DNA of 64,000 nt from Acutalibacteraceae bacterium (GTDB taxonomy: Bacteria; Bacillota; Clostridia; Oscillospirales; Acutalibacteraceae). The position numbers were made by a program, and so were the translations under genes. Under the pieces are notes generated by a model, which was given only the letters and a program-made list of their open reading frames with translations, had not been told where the DNA came from and did no database searches. Location of the stretch: contig JAZPZA010000020.1 of the NCBI GenBank assembly GCA_045544435.1, positions 16,698 through 80,697 of the forward strand, written 5' to 3'. Within the stretch, counting starts at the first letter, position 1. Each line of letters opens with the position of its first letter. Positions 45,027 through 54,315 of the stretch are shown here, one piece after another.

Positions 45027-45760
45027 TGCGCCCCCTTCATTTTATCGGTAAGCACAGGGCAAACCGAGCTTGAAGCCTCAAGCAATTCGGGAAGTATATC
45101 ACCCTTAGCACCGTATGCCGAAAGATTGCCCGCTGTTAGCACTGCCACCTTATCGGCAATATTAAGAATGCGCTCTTGGTGGGATATTATAATTATCGAG
45201 CCGCCCAATGTGCTGTGCATTTTTTCGAAAACATTTATAAGGTTGTTAAAGCTCCAAAGGTCGATGCCTGCCTCAGGCTCATCAAAGAGCGATACCTTTG
45301 TGCCACGCGCTAAAACGGTTGCTATCTCAATTCTTTTTAATTCGCCGCCCGAAAGGGATGCATTTACCTCACGGTTTATATAGTCGCGCGCGCAAAGTCC
45401 CACCTGAGAAAGATAATCGCAGGCTTCTGATATGCTTATTTCCTTGCCCGAAGCTAAGCGGATAAGGTCGTGCACGGTGATTCCTTTAAAGCGCACAGGT
45501 TGCTGAAAAGCAAAGCTGATACCCTTTTTTGCGCGCTCGGTAATAGAAAGCTCGGTTATATCCTCACCATCAAGCAGGATTTGACCTGAGGTTGGCTTTA
45601 TTATTCCCGCAATAACCTTTGCAAGGGTTGACTTACCGCCGCCGTTAGGGCCTGTGATAGCGATAAAGCCATTATCTATGGTCATTGATATATTCTTTAA
45701 AATTTGCTTTTCACCGTTTTCGCTTTCAGCAGAAAAGCAAATGTTTTTAAGTTCTAACAT
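45023..45760 (-). CDS. sufC: SufC-like ABC ATPase
   Basis: Start set to ATG 45760 (GGAGG SD). Walker A GPNGGGKST, signature LSGGELKR and Walker B SLFDEPEAGID. Confidence 0.8.
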   Translation of the reverse strand: MLELKNICFSAESENGEKQILKNISMTIDNGFIAITGPNGGGKSTLAKVIAGIIKPTSGQILLDGEDITELSITERAKKGISFAFQQPVRFKGITVHDLIRLASGKEISISEACDYLSQVGLCARDYINREVNASLSGGELKRIEIATVLARGTKVSLFDEPEAGIDLWSFNNLINVFEKMHSTLGGSIIIISHQERILNIADKVAVLTAGNLSAYGAKGDILPELLEASSSVCPVLTDKMKGAQ

Positions 45761-45910
45761 CAAAGTCCTCCAAAATATTTTATACATTGTATAATTATAT
45801 TCATTATACCTTTTTTACAGACAAAAAGCAACAATAAAAGCTTAAATATTATTATTTACTTAATATAAGTATTTATGGTATAATTTCCATATATTTTTTA
45901 AAAAGTGAGA

Positions 45911-48085
45911 ATGGATATGACAATACTTGAAAAACTAACCGCTGAATTTAAACTAAAGCCTTGGCAGGTTGAAAACACAGTTAAATTGCTGGACGATGGC
46001 AACACCGTACCCTTTATTGCGCGTTACCGCAAGGAGGCAACGGGCAGCCTTGATGACCAGCTGCTTCGAGAGCTTACCGATAGGCTTAACTATCTTAAAA
46101 ATTTGCAAGAAACCGCTGAAAAGATAAAGGCGGCAATTAAAGAGGCGGGTGCGCTCACCGATGAGCTCGCTGCCGCTATTGATGCCGCTGCTACGCTCAC
46201 CGAGCTTGATGACCTATATAGGCCCTATAAAAAGAAGAAAAAGACCAGAGCCTCACTCGCCAAAGAAAAAGGGCTTCAACCGCTTGCCGAGCTTATTTAT
46301 TCGCAAAGCCCCGATAGCGCTGAGCCAATAACCCTCGCGGCAGATTTTATTAACGAGGAGCTGGGCGTTGAAAGCGCAGAGGCTGCGCTACAAGGTGCTT
46401 TAGATATTATTGCCGAGCTTATAAGCGATGATGCCGATATAAGAAAAAGAATGCGCTTTGTTTGTATGGCGCATGGCGTTCTCGCAGTTAAAGCGGCTAA
46501 GGAAGAGTTGGATGTTTATGAAATGTACGCCGATTACCGCAAGCCGCTTTCCAAGATAGCAAACCACCGTGTGCTTGCTATAAACCGCGGCGAGAAAGAG
46601 GGCTTTTTAAAGGTTTCGGTGGAATTTGACAAGGCTAAGGCTATGTTTATCATTTCCCGCGACCATATTAAGGTGGGCTCAGCCTGCACGGCTGCTGTAA
46701 CCACCGCGGCAGAGGATGCATTTTCCCGCCTTATATTCCCATCTGTTGAGCGTGAAATGCGCTCTATACTCACAGAAAAAGCAAGCTGTGATGCCATAAA
46801 GGTGTTCTCGCAAAATCTCAAACAGCTGCTTATGCAGCCGCCTGTTAAAAACACGGTTACAATAGGTCTTGACCCAGGTTACAGAACAGGCTGTAAGGTA
46901 GCGGTTGTTGACGGCACAGGCAAAGTGCTCGATACCGGTGTTATCTACCCCGCTCCCCCACACAGTAAAATAGATGAGGCAAAGGCTAAAATCAAGGCGC
47001 TGGTTAAAAAGCATAGCGTTCGCACCTTTGCAATAGGCAACGGCACCGCAAGCCACGAAACAGAGGTCTTTGCCGCCGAAGTTATAAAAGAGCTTGATGA
47101 TGGTCTTTCCTATATGGTGGTAAGCGAAGCGGGCGCGAGTGTTTACTCGGCATCAAAGCTTGCAGCAGAGGAATTTCCCGATTATGATGTGTCGCTTCGA
47201 AGCGCAGTATCAATAGCGCGCCGTATGCAAGATCCACTCGCTGAGCTTGTTAAAATAGACCCTAAGGCTATTGGTGTTGGGCAGTATCAGCACGATATGC
47301 CCGCAGCGGCGCTTTCCTCCTCGCTTGACGGAGTTGTAGAAGACTGCGTAAACTCGGTGGGTGTTGACCTTAACACCGCATCGGTGCCACTTCTTGCACG
47401 CGTTTCGGGTATAAACCAAGCTGTTGCTAAAAACATAGTCACCTACCGCGAGGAAAACGGCGCATTTACAAGCCGCACCCAGCTTAAAAAGGTTTCAAAG
47501 CTCGGTCCCAAGGCATATGAGCAGTGCGCAGGCTTTTTGCGCATTATAGATGGCAAAAATGCGCTTGATGGCACCGCAGTTCACCCCGAAAGCTATGCGG
47601 CTGCCGAGAAGCTATTAAAGCTTTGCGGTTACACTGATAATGATGTTAAATCAGGTGATGTTAAGGGTATTTCCGAGCAGATAGATGCCCGCGGAGCCGA
47701 AGCACTTGCAAGCGAGCTTCAAATAGGTGTGCCCACACTCAAGGATATTGCATCTGAGCTTGAAAAGCCGGGCCGTGACCCGCGTGATGAACTGCCCGCG
47801 CCGATGCTTCGTCAGGATATTATGTCTATGGAGGACCTGAAAACGGGTATGGAGCTTACGGGCACCGTTAGAAATGTTATTGACTTTGGCGCATTTGTGG
47901 ACATCGGCGTTCATCAGGATGGGCTTGTTCACATATCACATATCACAAACCGCTTTATCAAGCATCCAAGTGAGGTGCTTAAGGTAGGTGATATAGTTAC
48001 TGTTTGGGTGCTGGGTGTGGATACCCAGAAAAATCGGATTTCCCTTACTATGAGAAAGGATAAGATACAAGGTGCAGAAAAATAA
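45911..48085 (+). CDS. tex: Tex-like RNA-binding transcription accessory protein
   Basis: ..VENTVKLLDDGNTVPFIARYRKEATG.., a YqgF/RuvX-like core, HhH repeats and a C-terminal S1 domain ..GTVRNVIDFGAFVDIG..DGLVHISH.. The exact start (45905, 45911 or 45917) is uncertain. Confidence 0.9.
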   Translation: MDMTILEKLTAEFKLKPWQVENTVKLLDDGNTVPFIARYRKEATGSLDDQLLRELTDRLNYLKNLQETAEKIKAAIKEAGALTDELAAAIDAAATLTELDDLYRPYKKKKKTRASLAKEKGLQPLAELIYSQSPDSAEPITLAADFINEELGVESAEAALQGALDIIAELISDDADIRKRMRFVCMAHGVLAVKAAKEELDVYEMYADYRKPLSKIANHRVLAINRGEKEGFLKVSVEFDKAKAMFIISRDHIKVGSACTAAVTTAAEDAFSRLIFPSVEREMRSILTEKASCDAIKVFSQNLKQLLMQPPVKNTVTIGLDPGYRTGCKVAVVDGTGKVLDTGVIYPAPPHSKIDEAKAKIKALVKKHSVRTFAIGNGTASHETEVFAAEVIKELDDGLSYMVVSEAGASVYSASKLAAEEFPDYDVSLRSAVSIARRMQDPLAELVKIDPKAIGVGQYQHDMPAAALSSSLDGVVEDCVNSVGVDLNTASVPLLARVSGINQAVAKNIVTYREENGAFTSRTQLKKVSKLGPKAYEQCAGFLRIIDGKNALDGTAVHPESYAAAEKLLKLCGYTDNDVKSGDVKGISEQIDARGAEALASELQIGVPTLKDIASELEKPGRDPRDELPAPMLRQDIMSMEDLKTGMELTGTVRNVIDFGAFVDIGVHQDGLVHISHITNRFIKHPSEVLKVGDIVTVWVLGVDTQKNRISLTMRKDKIQGAEK

Positions 48086-48995
48086 TATAAAGGGTAGCGG
48101 TATACTTATACTTGCGGCACTACTGTGGGGACTTGCCTTTGTTGTTCAGAACGATGCTGCAGATAAAATTCCAACCTTCACTTTTAATTCAATGCGTTCG
48201 TTTATAGGCGCAGCGTTCCTGTTTACCTTTATGGGAATTAAGTCTATTAAAAATAAGGATTTCGCTATAATCCCCAAGGAATTAAACAAGAAAACACTGC
48301 TGATAGGAAGTCTTGCCTGCGGTGTGGCGCTTGCGGTTTCAACAAACTTTCAGCAGTTTGGCATAGCCGCCTATCCTGACGGCGTGCCCGTTGAGGCACG
48401 TTCGGGCTTTATAACGGCGCTTTATGTTGTTTTAGTGCCGTTACTTTCTATATTCGCAAGAAAAAAGGTGCCCGCCATAGTGTGGGGTGCAGTTTTGGTG
48501 GCAATAGCAGGCTTTTATATGCTCTGCCTTTTTGAGGGTGTTAGCGGCTTTTATATTGCTGACCTGCTTGTTTTGGGTTGCACCTTCACCTTTTCCTTAC
48601 ATATCATCGTTATTGATAAATACTGTAATATCATAGGCGGCGTGCGCCTTTCGGCGTTTCAGTTCGTTGTGAGCGCCATAATTTCGGGAATTCTCGCGCT
48701 TCTTTTCGATCTGGATGCTATAAATCTTTCAAGCATCATATCGGTAATACCCCAGATTCTTTATATGGGAATAGTATCAAGCGGTATCGCATACACATTG
48801 CAAATCGTGGGGCAACGCTATGCCGAGCCTGCAATAGCCTCGCTTTCTATGAGCCTTGAAAGCGTGTTTGCGGCGCTTGGCGGCTGGATTATCACAGGCA
48901 ACGCTCTAAAGGGTAACGAAATTATAGGCTGCCTACTTGTGTTCGACGCGATAGTTTTAGCGCAGATACCCGAGTTCAAAAAAATTAAAAATTAG
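48072..48995 (+). CDS. DMT-superfamily (EamA-type) transporter
   Basis: 307 aa with ten predicted TM segments in two EamA-like halves. Confidence 0.75.
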   Translation: MQKNNIKGSGILILAALLWGLAFVVQNDAADKIPTFTFNSMRSFIGAAFLFTFMGIKSIKNKDFAIIPKELNKKTLLIGSLACGVALAVSTNFQQFGIAAYPDGVPVEARSGFITALYVVLVPLLSIFARKKVPAIVWGAVLVAIAGFYMLCLFEGVSGFYIADLLVLGCTFTFSLHIIVIDKYCNIIGGVRLSAFQFVVSAIISGILALLFDLDAINLSSIISVIPQILYMGIVSSGIAYTLQIVGQRYAEPAIASLSMSLESVFAALGGWIITGNALKGNEIIGCLLVFDAIVLAQIPEFKKIKN

Positions 48996-49001
48996 CAATT
49001 T

Positions 49002-49033
49002 AAAAGCCTCTGCTAAAACGCAGAGGCTTTTTT
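49002..49033. terminator. Bidirectional terminator between the DMT gene and nif3-like gene
   Basis: aaaagcctctgc/gcagaggctttttt. Confidence 0.75.
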
Positions 49034-49036
49034 GTG

Positions 49037-49783
49037 TTATACATATTTAATTTTATCGGCGCTGTGAGGAATAAATTTTATACTTTTAAATTCCTCGCTT
49101 AAAAGGTGCGTTAATGGGGCAACTATCATATTTTCGCTTGCATAGTGCCCTGCATCAAACAGCGATATTTCGTTGTTTACAGCATCTATAAACACATTAT
49201 GCTTAACATCAGCGGTGATAAGCGCGTCAAAGCCAGCATCCACCGCATCCTCTAAGAAATCGCCGCCCGAGCCTGAGCAAACAAGCACGCGGTTTACAGG
49301 TGTTTTGCCCGCAACGAAACGCACACCGCCGCCAAGGCTTTCTTTTATATGCAAAGCAAGCTCCTTGGCATCGGTTATGGGGCATTTCGCCTCGCGGATA
49401 ACAAATCCATCGTGGGCGGTAAAGGATTTAATCTCAGTAAGCCCTATAGCCTCACACAGCCGTTCAGTAACACCGCCTACGGCGATATCGAGGTTTGTGT
49501 GCATACTTATAACAGAAATACCGCTTTTTATAAGCTCATAAACCACACTTCCCGCGGTAACGCTTTTTAGACCGTCAAAAATAACGGGGTGATGGGTAAC
49601 GATAAGCTGTGCGCCCATTTTACGAGCAAGCTCAACAGCGGTGATATCACAGTCAAGCGCGACTAAGGCGGTATTCACTTCCCGCTCGCCGTCGCCCACA
49701 AGCAAGCCCACATTATCAAAATCGCAAGCAGTGGACACAGGAAAGCAGCTATCAAGGAAATTAAATATATCTATTACTTTCAT
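49037..49783 (-). CDS. Nif3-like dinuclear metal centre protein
   Basis: ..DNVGLLVGD.., ..LIVTHHPVIF.., ..ISMHTNLD.., ..GHYASE.. Confidence 0.85.
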   Translation of the reverse strand: MKVIDIFNFLDSCFPVSTACDFDNVGLLVGDGEREVNTALVALDCDITAVELARKMGAQLIVTHHPVIFDGLKSVTAGSVVYELIKSGISVISMHTNLDIAVGGVTERLCEAIGLTEIKSFTAHDGFVIREAKCPITDAKELALHIKESLGGGVRFVAGKTPVNRVLVCSGSGGDFLEDAVDAGFDALITADVKHNVFIDAVNNEISLFDAGHYASENMIVAPLTHLLSEEFKSIKFIPHSADKIKYV

Positions 49784-51480
49784 TACTTTTTCTTCGCAAA
49801 CGAGTCTTTTAAAGCAACCGTGCGGTTAAAGACTATGTTTTCCTTTGTGGAATCCTTATCAACGCAGAAATATCCTTGGCGCATAAACTGGAAGGTATCG
49901 CCCACCTGAGCATTGGCAAGCGAAGCGTCTATCTTGCAATTTTCCAGCACTGTGAGAGATTCGGGGTTAAGGTTATCCGCAAAGGAGGAAACACCCTCTT
50001 CATCACTTGGATTTTCAACATTGAAAAGTCGGTCATAAAGGCGAACTGTGGCGGTTGCGCAGTGGTCTGCGCTCACCCAGTGCAGTGTGCCCTTAACCTT
50101 TCTGCCATCAGGCGTCTCGCCACCGCGGCTTTCGGGGTCATAGGTGCAATGAACTGTGGTTATATTGCCCTGCTCATCAGTTTCGTGGGAAGCATACTTA
50201 ATATAGTAAGCGCCCTTAAGACGCACCTCTTTAGTGGGGCAAAGGCGGAAATACTTACCTGGAGGGTCTAACATAAAGTCATCCTGCTCGATATATATTT
50301 CGCGTGAGAATGTAACTGTTTTCGTTCCCTTTTCAGGCTTGTTGGGGTTAACCTCAACAGCAATTTCCTCAGTCTGTCCCTCAGGATAATTATCGATAAC
50401 TATTTTAAGCGGACGAAGCACCGCCATAGCGCGGTCGGCATTTTCATTTAGATAGTCGCGAACGCAAGACTCTAAAAGAGCGTAATCAATAACGCTATAT
50501 GCCTTGGAAACGCCGATTTTATCAACGAATGCACGAACAGCCTCGGCAGGGTAGCCTCTGCGGCGCATACCGCAGATGGTTGCCATTCGAGGGTCATCCC
50601 AACCAGAAACCAAGCCATCATTTACAAGCTTTAAGCACTTGCGCTTGCTGGTGAGGGTGTAGTTTACATTCATTCTTGCAAACTCTATCTGACGGGGAGG
50701 CTGGTCGGTTATATCTGCAGCCTGTAACACCCAATTATAAAGCGGGCGGTGGTTTTCAAATTCGAGTGAGCAAAGGGAATGGGTAACACCCTCCTTAGCG
50801 TCACTAAGCGGATGCGCAAAGTCATACATAGGATAAACGCACCACTTATCCCCTGTTCTGTGGTGGTGAGCCTTTAAAATGCGGTAGATAATGGGGTCGC
50901 GCATATTGATGTTTGACGAAGCCATATCAATTTTTGCGCGAAGCACCATTGCGCCCTCGCTAAACTCACCCGCTGTCATACGGGCAAACATCTCACGAGA
51001 TTCCTCTATGGGACGGTTGCGGTAGGGGCTTTCAACACCTGCCTCGGTAAGGGTGCCGCGCATTTCGCGAATCTGCTCAGGTGTAGACTCATCAACATAG
51101 GCGAGTCCCTTATCAATAAGGCGAAGCGCGCACTCATAGATAAAATCGAAATAATCGGAGGCATAGTAAACATTATCCCAATTAAAGCCGAGCCAACTTA
51201 TATCCTCCTTAATAGCGTCCACATACTCCACATCCTCCTTGGTGGGGTTTGTGTCGTCAAGGCGGAGGTTGCATTTGCCGCCATACTTTTCGGCAGTGCC
51301 GAAATCTATACATATAGCCTTGGCATGGCCTATATGCAGATATCCGTTAGGCTCGGGCGGGAAACGGGTTTGCACCCTATTGTATACTCCCTCAGCCAAA
51401 TCCTCATCAATAAAATCATAGATAAAGTTAGAGGGCTTCGCCTCTACAACTCCATCATTTAAAGCTTTGTTTTCTTCCAT
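49783..51480 (-). CDS. glnS: Glutamine--tRNA ligase
   Basis: ..RFPPEPNGYLHIGHAKA.. (HIGH), ..LTSKRK.. (KMSKS-like), and the C-terminal anticodon-binding beta-barrels of GlnRS. TAATG overlap with gltX. Confidence 0.9.
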   Translation of the reverse strand: MEENKALNDGVVEAKPSNFIYDFIDEDLAEGVYNRVQTRFPPEPNGYLHIGHAKAICIDFGTAEKYGGKCNLRLDDTNPTKEDVEYVDAIKEDISWLGFNWDNVYYASDYFDFIYECALRLIDKGLAYVDESTPEQIREMRGTLTEAGVESPYRNRPIEESREMFARMTAGEFSEGAMVLRAKIDMASSNINMRDPIIYRILKAHHHRTGDKWCVYPMYDFAHPLSDAKEGVTHSLCSLEFENHRPLYNWVLQAADITDQPPRQIEFARMNVNYTLTSKRKCLKLVNDGLVSGWDDPRMATICGMRRRGYPAEAVRAFVDKIGVSKAYSVIDYALLESCVRDYLNENADRAMAVLRPLKIVIDNYPEGQTEEIAVEVNPNKPEKGTKTVTFSREIYIEQDDFMLDPPGKYFRLCPTKEVRLKGAYYIKYASHETDEQGNITTVHCTYDPESRGGETPDGRKVKGTLHWVSADHCATATVRLYDRLFNVENPSDEEGVSSFADNLNPESLTVLENCKIDASLANAQVGDTFQFMRQGYFCVDKDSTKENIVFNRTVALKDSFAKKK

Positions 51481-53135
51481 TATAAAACCTCAATCATTTT
51501 GTCTATGCGCCCTATGCACTCTTCTTTGCCCAAAACTGCCATAATGCTGCAAAGGTCGGGCGTATTGGTGCGACCTGTTATCGCAATTCTAAGCACGGTG
51601 CTAAGGTCACCCGCACTTCCCTTGAAGGCATCGGGATTTTGCTTATATTCCTTGGTTTCTGCCGCAAAGCCGAGAGCAGGACAAATTGATTTTATTTTAT
51701 CAAACCAACCCTGCCTATCATCAGCCGCGTTATAAACCTTTTTATATTCTGCCAAAAACGCCTTTGCATCCTCAGCCTTTATATGCTCAGGAAGTGTGTG
51801 GCATGGTGTATAAAGAGATTCAAAGAAGTATGCAAAATACTCTTTAGCCTCATTCCAGCGTGCTAAATCCTTTCGAGGCTTTTTAGCGCCATCGCGGTCT
51901 ATGGAAAGCATTCTCACTGAAAATTCAGGATTTGCAGTTAAAAGCTTATAGAACTCACCGTCAAACTCACGCGCCCAAGCGGTAAGCTTCTCATAAACCT
52001 CACGGCTATTCATCATAGCCACCTTTGTTTTGCTTACATCGTTTAGCTTATTCTCATCAAAAAGTGCGCCTGAAACGCTCATCTTTTTAAGGTTGAACTT
52101 GAACTTGCGGTAATCCTCGGTGGGGTTAGCTCTTCGCCAATCCTCAAAATCAGAGGCGGCAATGGTCATAAGATACTCAATAACGCTGGCAGACTCATAT
52201 CCTTGCTCGGCAAAGAAATGGACTGCGGCCTCGGGGTCCTTGCGCTTTGAAATCTTGCGCTTGGCGCCGCCATCAAGCTTCATTATAGGTGAAACATGAC
52301 CGTATTTAGGTATCTTGAAACCTAAAATTTTGAAAAGTTCGATATGCTTAGGTGTGGAGGAAATCCATTCGTCCCCTCGAAGCACATGTGTGGTGCGCAT
52401 TAGATGGTCATCAATAGCGTGCGCAAAGTGGTAGGTGGGTATGCCATCTGATTTAAGAAGAACGAAATCCTCATCATTCTCAGGCATTTCAATTCTGCCC
52501 TTAATAGTATCATCAAACGCGATGCGATTTTGCTCACTGCCACTTGAACGCAGTCTTATAACAAAGGGCTTGCCCTCATCAATGAGCGCCTTCGCCTCAT
52601 CATAGCTTATATCGCGGTGGCGCGCATACTCGCCGTGATAGCCTGTGCGAATCTTATTTTTCTCCTGCACTTGCCTTACAGCTTCTAAATCCTCAGCGGT
52701 GCAAAAGCACGGATACGCCAGTCCTTTTCTGATTAAATCCTTAACATAGGTCTGATAAATTTCGGCGCGGCGACTCTGCTGATATGGGCCATATTCACCA
52801 CTCTCTTTTGCGCCGCTTATAAAGCCCTCATCAATGGTGATGCCAAAGCGGTTAAGACCATCGATTATATCCTCTATGCCGCCCGCAACCTCACGCTTTT
52901 TATCGGTATCCTCTATTCTTGTGTAGAATATACCGCCTGTTGATGTGGCTGTGATGCGGTTTACAAGTGAAGTGAAGAGCACGCCTAAATGCAGATAACC
53001 CGTGGGGCTTGGCGCAATTCGCGTAACTCGCGCACCCTCAGGTAAATTTCTGGCAGGATATAAATTTTCATAATATTCGGGAGTTTTATCAATGTGCGGC
53101 AGCAGAAGCTCCGCCATCATTTCATTGTGGTTCAT
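51480..53135 (-). CDS. gltX: Glutamate--tRNA ligase
   Basis: ..RIAPSPTGYLHLGVLF.. (HIGH variant) and ..KISKRK.. (KMSKS). Confidence 0.85.
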   Translation of the reverse strand: MNHNEMMAELLLPHIDKTPEYYENLYPARNLPEGARVTRIAPSPTGYLHLGVLFTSLVNRITATSTGGIFYTRIEDTDKKREVAGGIEDIIDGLNRFGITIDEGFISGAKESGEYGPYQQSRRAEIYQTYVKDLIRKGLAYPCFCTAEDLEAVRQVQEKNKIRTGYHGEYARHRDISYDEAKALIDEGKPFVIRLRSSGSEQNRIAFDDTIKGRIEMPENDEDFVLLKSDGIPTYHFAHAIDDHLMRTTHVLRGDEWISSTPKHIELFKILGFKIPKYGHVSPIMKLDGGAKRKISKRKDPEAAVHFFAEQGYESASVIEYLMTIAASDFEDWRRANPTEDYRKFKFNLKKMSVSGALFDENKLNDVSKTKVAMMNSREVYEKLTAWAREFDGEFYKLLTANPEFSVRMLSIDRDGAKKPRKDLARWNEAKEYFAYFFESLYTPCHTLPEHIKAEDAKAFLAEYKKVYNAADDRQGWFDKIKSICPALGFAAETKEYKQNPDAFKGSAGDLSTVLRIAITGRTNTPDLCSIMAVLGKEECIGRIDKMIEVL

Positions 53136-53146
53136 CTATATTTCTC

Positions 53147-53599
53147 CTATTTGCTGAGAAGTTTATTAAGCTCTGTCATAAAGGTGTTTATATCCTTGAA
53201 TTGACGGTAAACAGAGGCAAAACGAACATAGGCTACCTCATCGATATCCTTAAGCTTTTCCATAACAAGCTCGCCTATCTTATCACTTTGTACCTCACGG
53301 TCAAGAGAATTTTGTATTACAGCCTCAATATCGTTGATAGCGCGGTCGAGCGTTTCAAGCGATACAGGACGCTTTTCGCACGCGCGAAGCATACCAGTAA
53401 GCAGCTTCTGACGGTCGAAAGTCTCGCGGGAGCCATCCTTTTTAATTACAACTATGGGAAGATTTTCAATCATCTCATAGGTTGTGAAGCGCTTAGCGCA
53501 TTTTAAGCACTCGCGGCGGCGGCGGATGCGCTCGCCCTCATCCGTTGGACGGGAATCAATAACCTTACTTTCTTCATAACCGCAATAAGGACATTTCAT
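53147..53599 (-). CDS. nrdR: Transcriptional repressor NrdR
   Basis: Start set to ATG 53599 (AGGTGG SD). [30 protein letters not shown] zinc ribbon plus an ATP-cone. Confidence 0.9.
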   Translation of the reverse strand: MKCPYCGYEESKVIDSRPTDEGERIRRRRECLKCAKRFTTYEMIENLPIVVIKKDGSRETFDRQKLLTGMLRACEKRPVSLETLDRAINDIEAVIQNSLDREVQSDKIGELVMEKLKDIDEVAYVRFASVYRQFKDINTFMTELNKLLSK

Positions 53600-53746
53600 A
53601 ACTAAAACCACCTATACATATAATTATTTCCAATTATACCACAGAAATATAGTAATTACAAGGGAAAGATATACTATATATGCCATTGCAAATAATTTAT
53701 AAGTATGATATTATATATAAATAAAGAATGGGGGAGTATTTACCTT

Positions 53747-54295
53747 ATGGGAATAATTTTAGCCTCAAAATCGCCCCGCAGAAAAGAATTGCTTTCTCTT
53801 ATGGGATTAGATTTTAAAATAATTACTGAGGATATTGACGAAACTATTAACAGCAAGCTTCCTATAGAGGATGAGGTGGCAAGACTAAGCCGCCAAAAGG
53901 CAGAGGCTGTTCGTGTTAGTGAAGATGATACTGTGATTTCGGCAGATACTGTGGTGGTTTTCGGTGACAGCGTGATGGGAAAACCAAAAAACGCTGAGGA
54001 TGCCCGCAGAATGCTTAAAAGCCTTTCGGGTAACACGCATAAAGTACTCACGGGTGTTACGGTTAAAAAGGCGCAAAGCGCAATCACAAAGGTAGTTACC
54101 ACTTATGTCGCATTTCGCGAGCTTGACAATGAGGAAATAGAAGCATATATAAAATCGGGCGAGCCGATGGACAAAGCGGGCGCTTACGGCATTCAGGGCG
54201 CCGCCGCAGTTTTTGTTTCTCGAATAGAGGGTGACTATTTTAACATAGTAGGTCTTCCTGTTTGCACGCTTTATGAAATGCTAAAGCAGTTTTGA
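53747..54295 (+). CDS. maf: Maf-family nucleoside triphosphate pyrophosphatase
   Basis: Start set to ATG 53747. ..ILASKSPRRKELL.., ..ADTVVV.., ..KAGAYGIQG.. Confidence 0.85.
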   Translation: MGIILASKSPRRKELLSLMGLDFKIITEDIDETINSKLPIEDEVARLSRQKAEAVRVSEDDTVISADTVVVFGDSVMGKPKNAEDARRMLKSLSGNTHKVLTGVTVKKAQSAITKVVTTYVAFRELDNEEIEAYIKSGEPMDKAGAYGIQGAAAVFVSRIEGDYFNIVGLPVCTLYEMLKQF

Positions 54296-54315
54296 GTATT
54301 TTTTGGAGGGATAAA

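Noticed and set aside
49783-53135. Adjacent gltX and glnS as a possible duplication or unusual tRNA-charging system
   Set aside because: The two proteins are clearly different (GluRS versus GlnRS with its own anticodon-binding domain). Having both is normal for many Clostridia.
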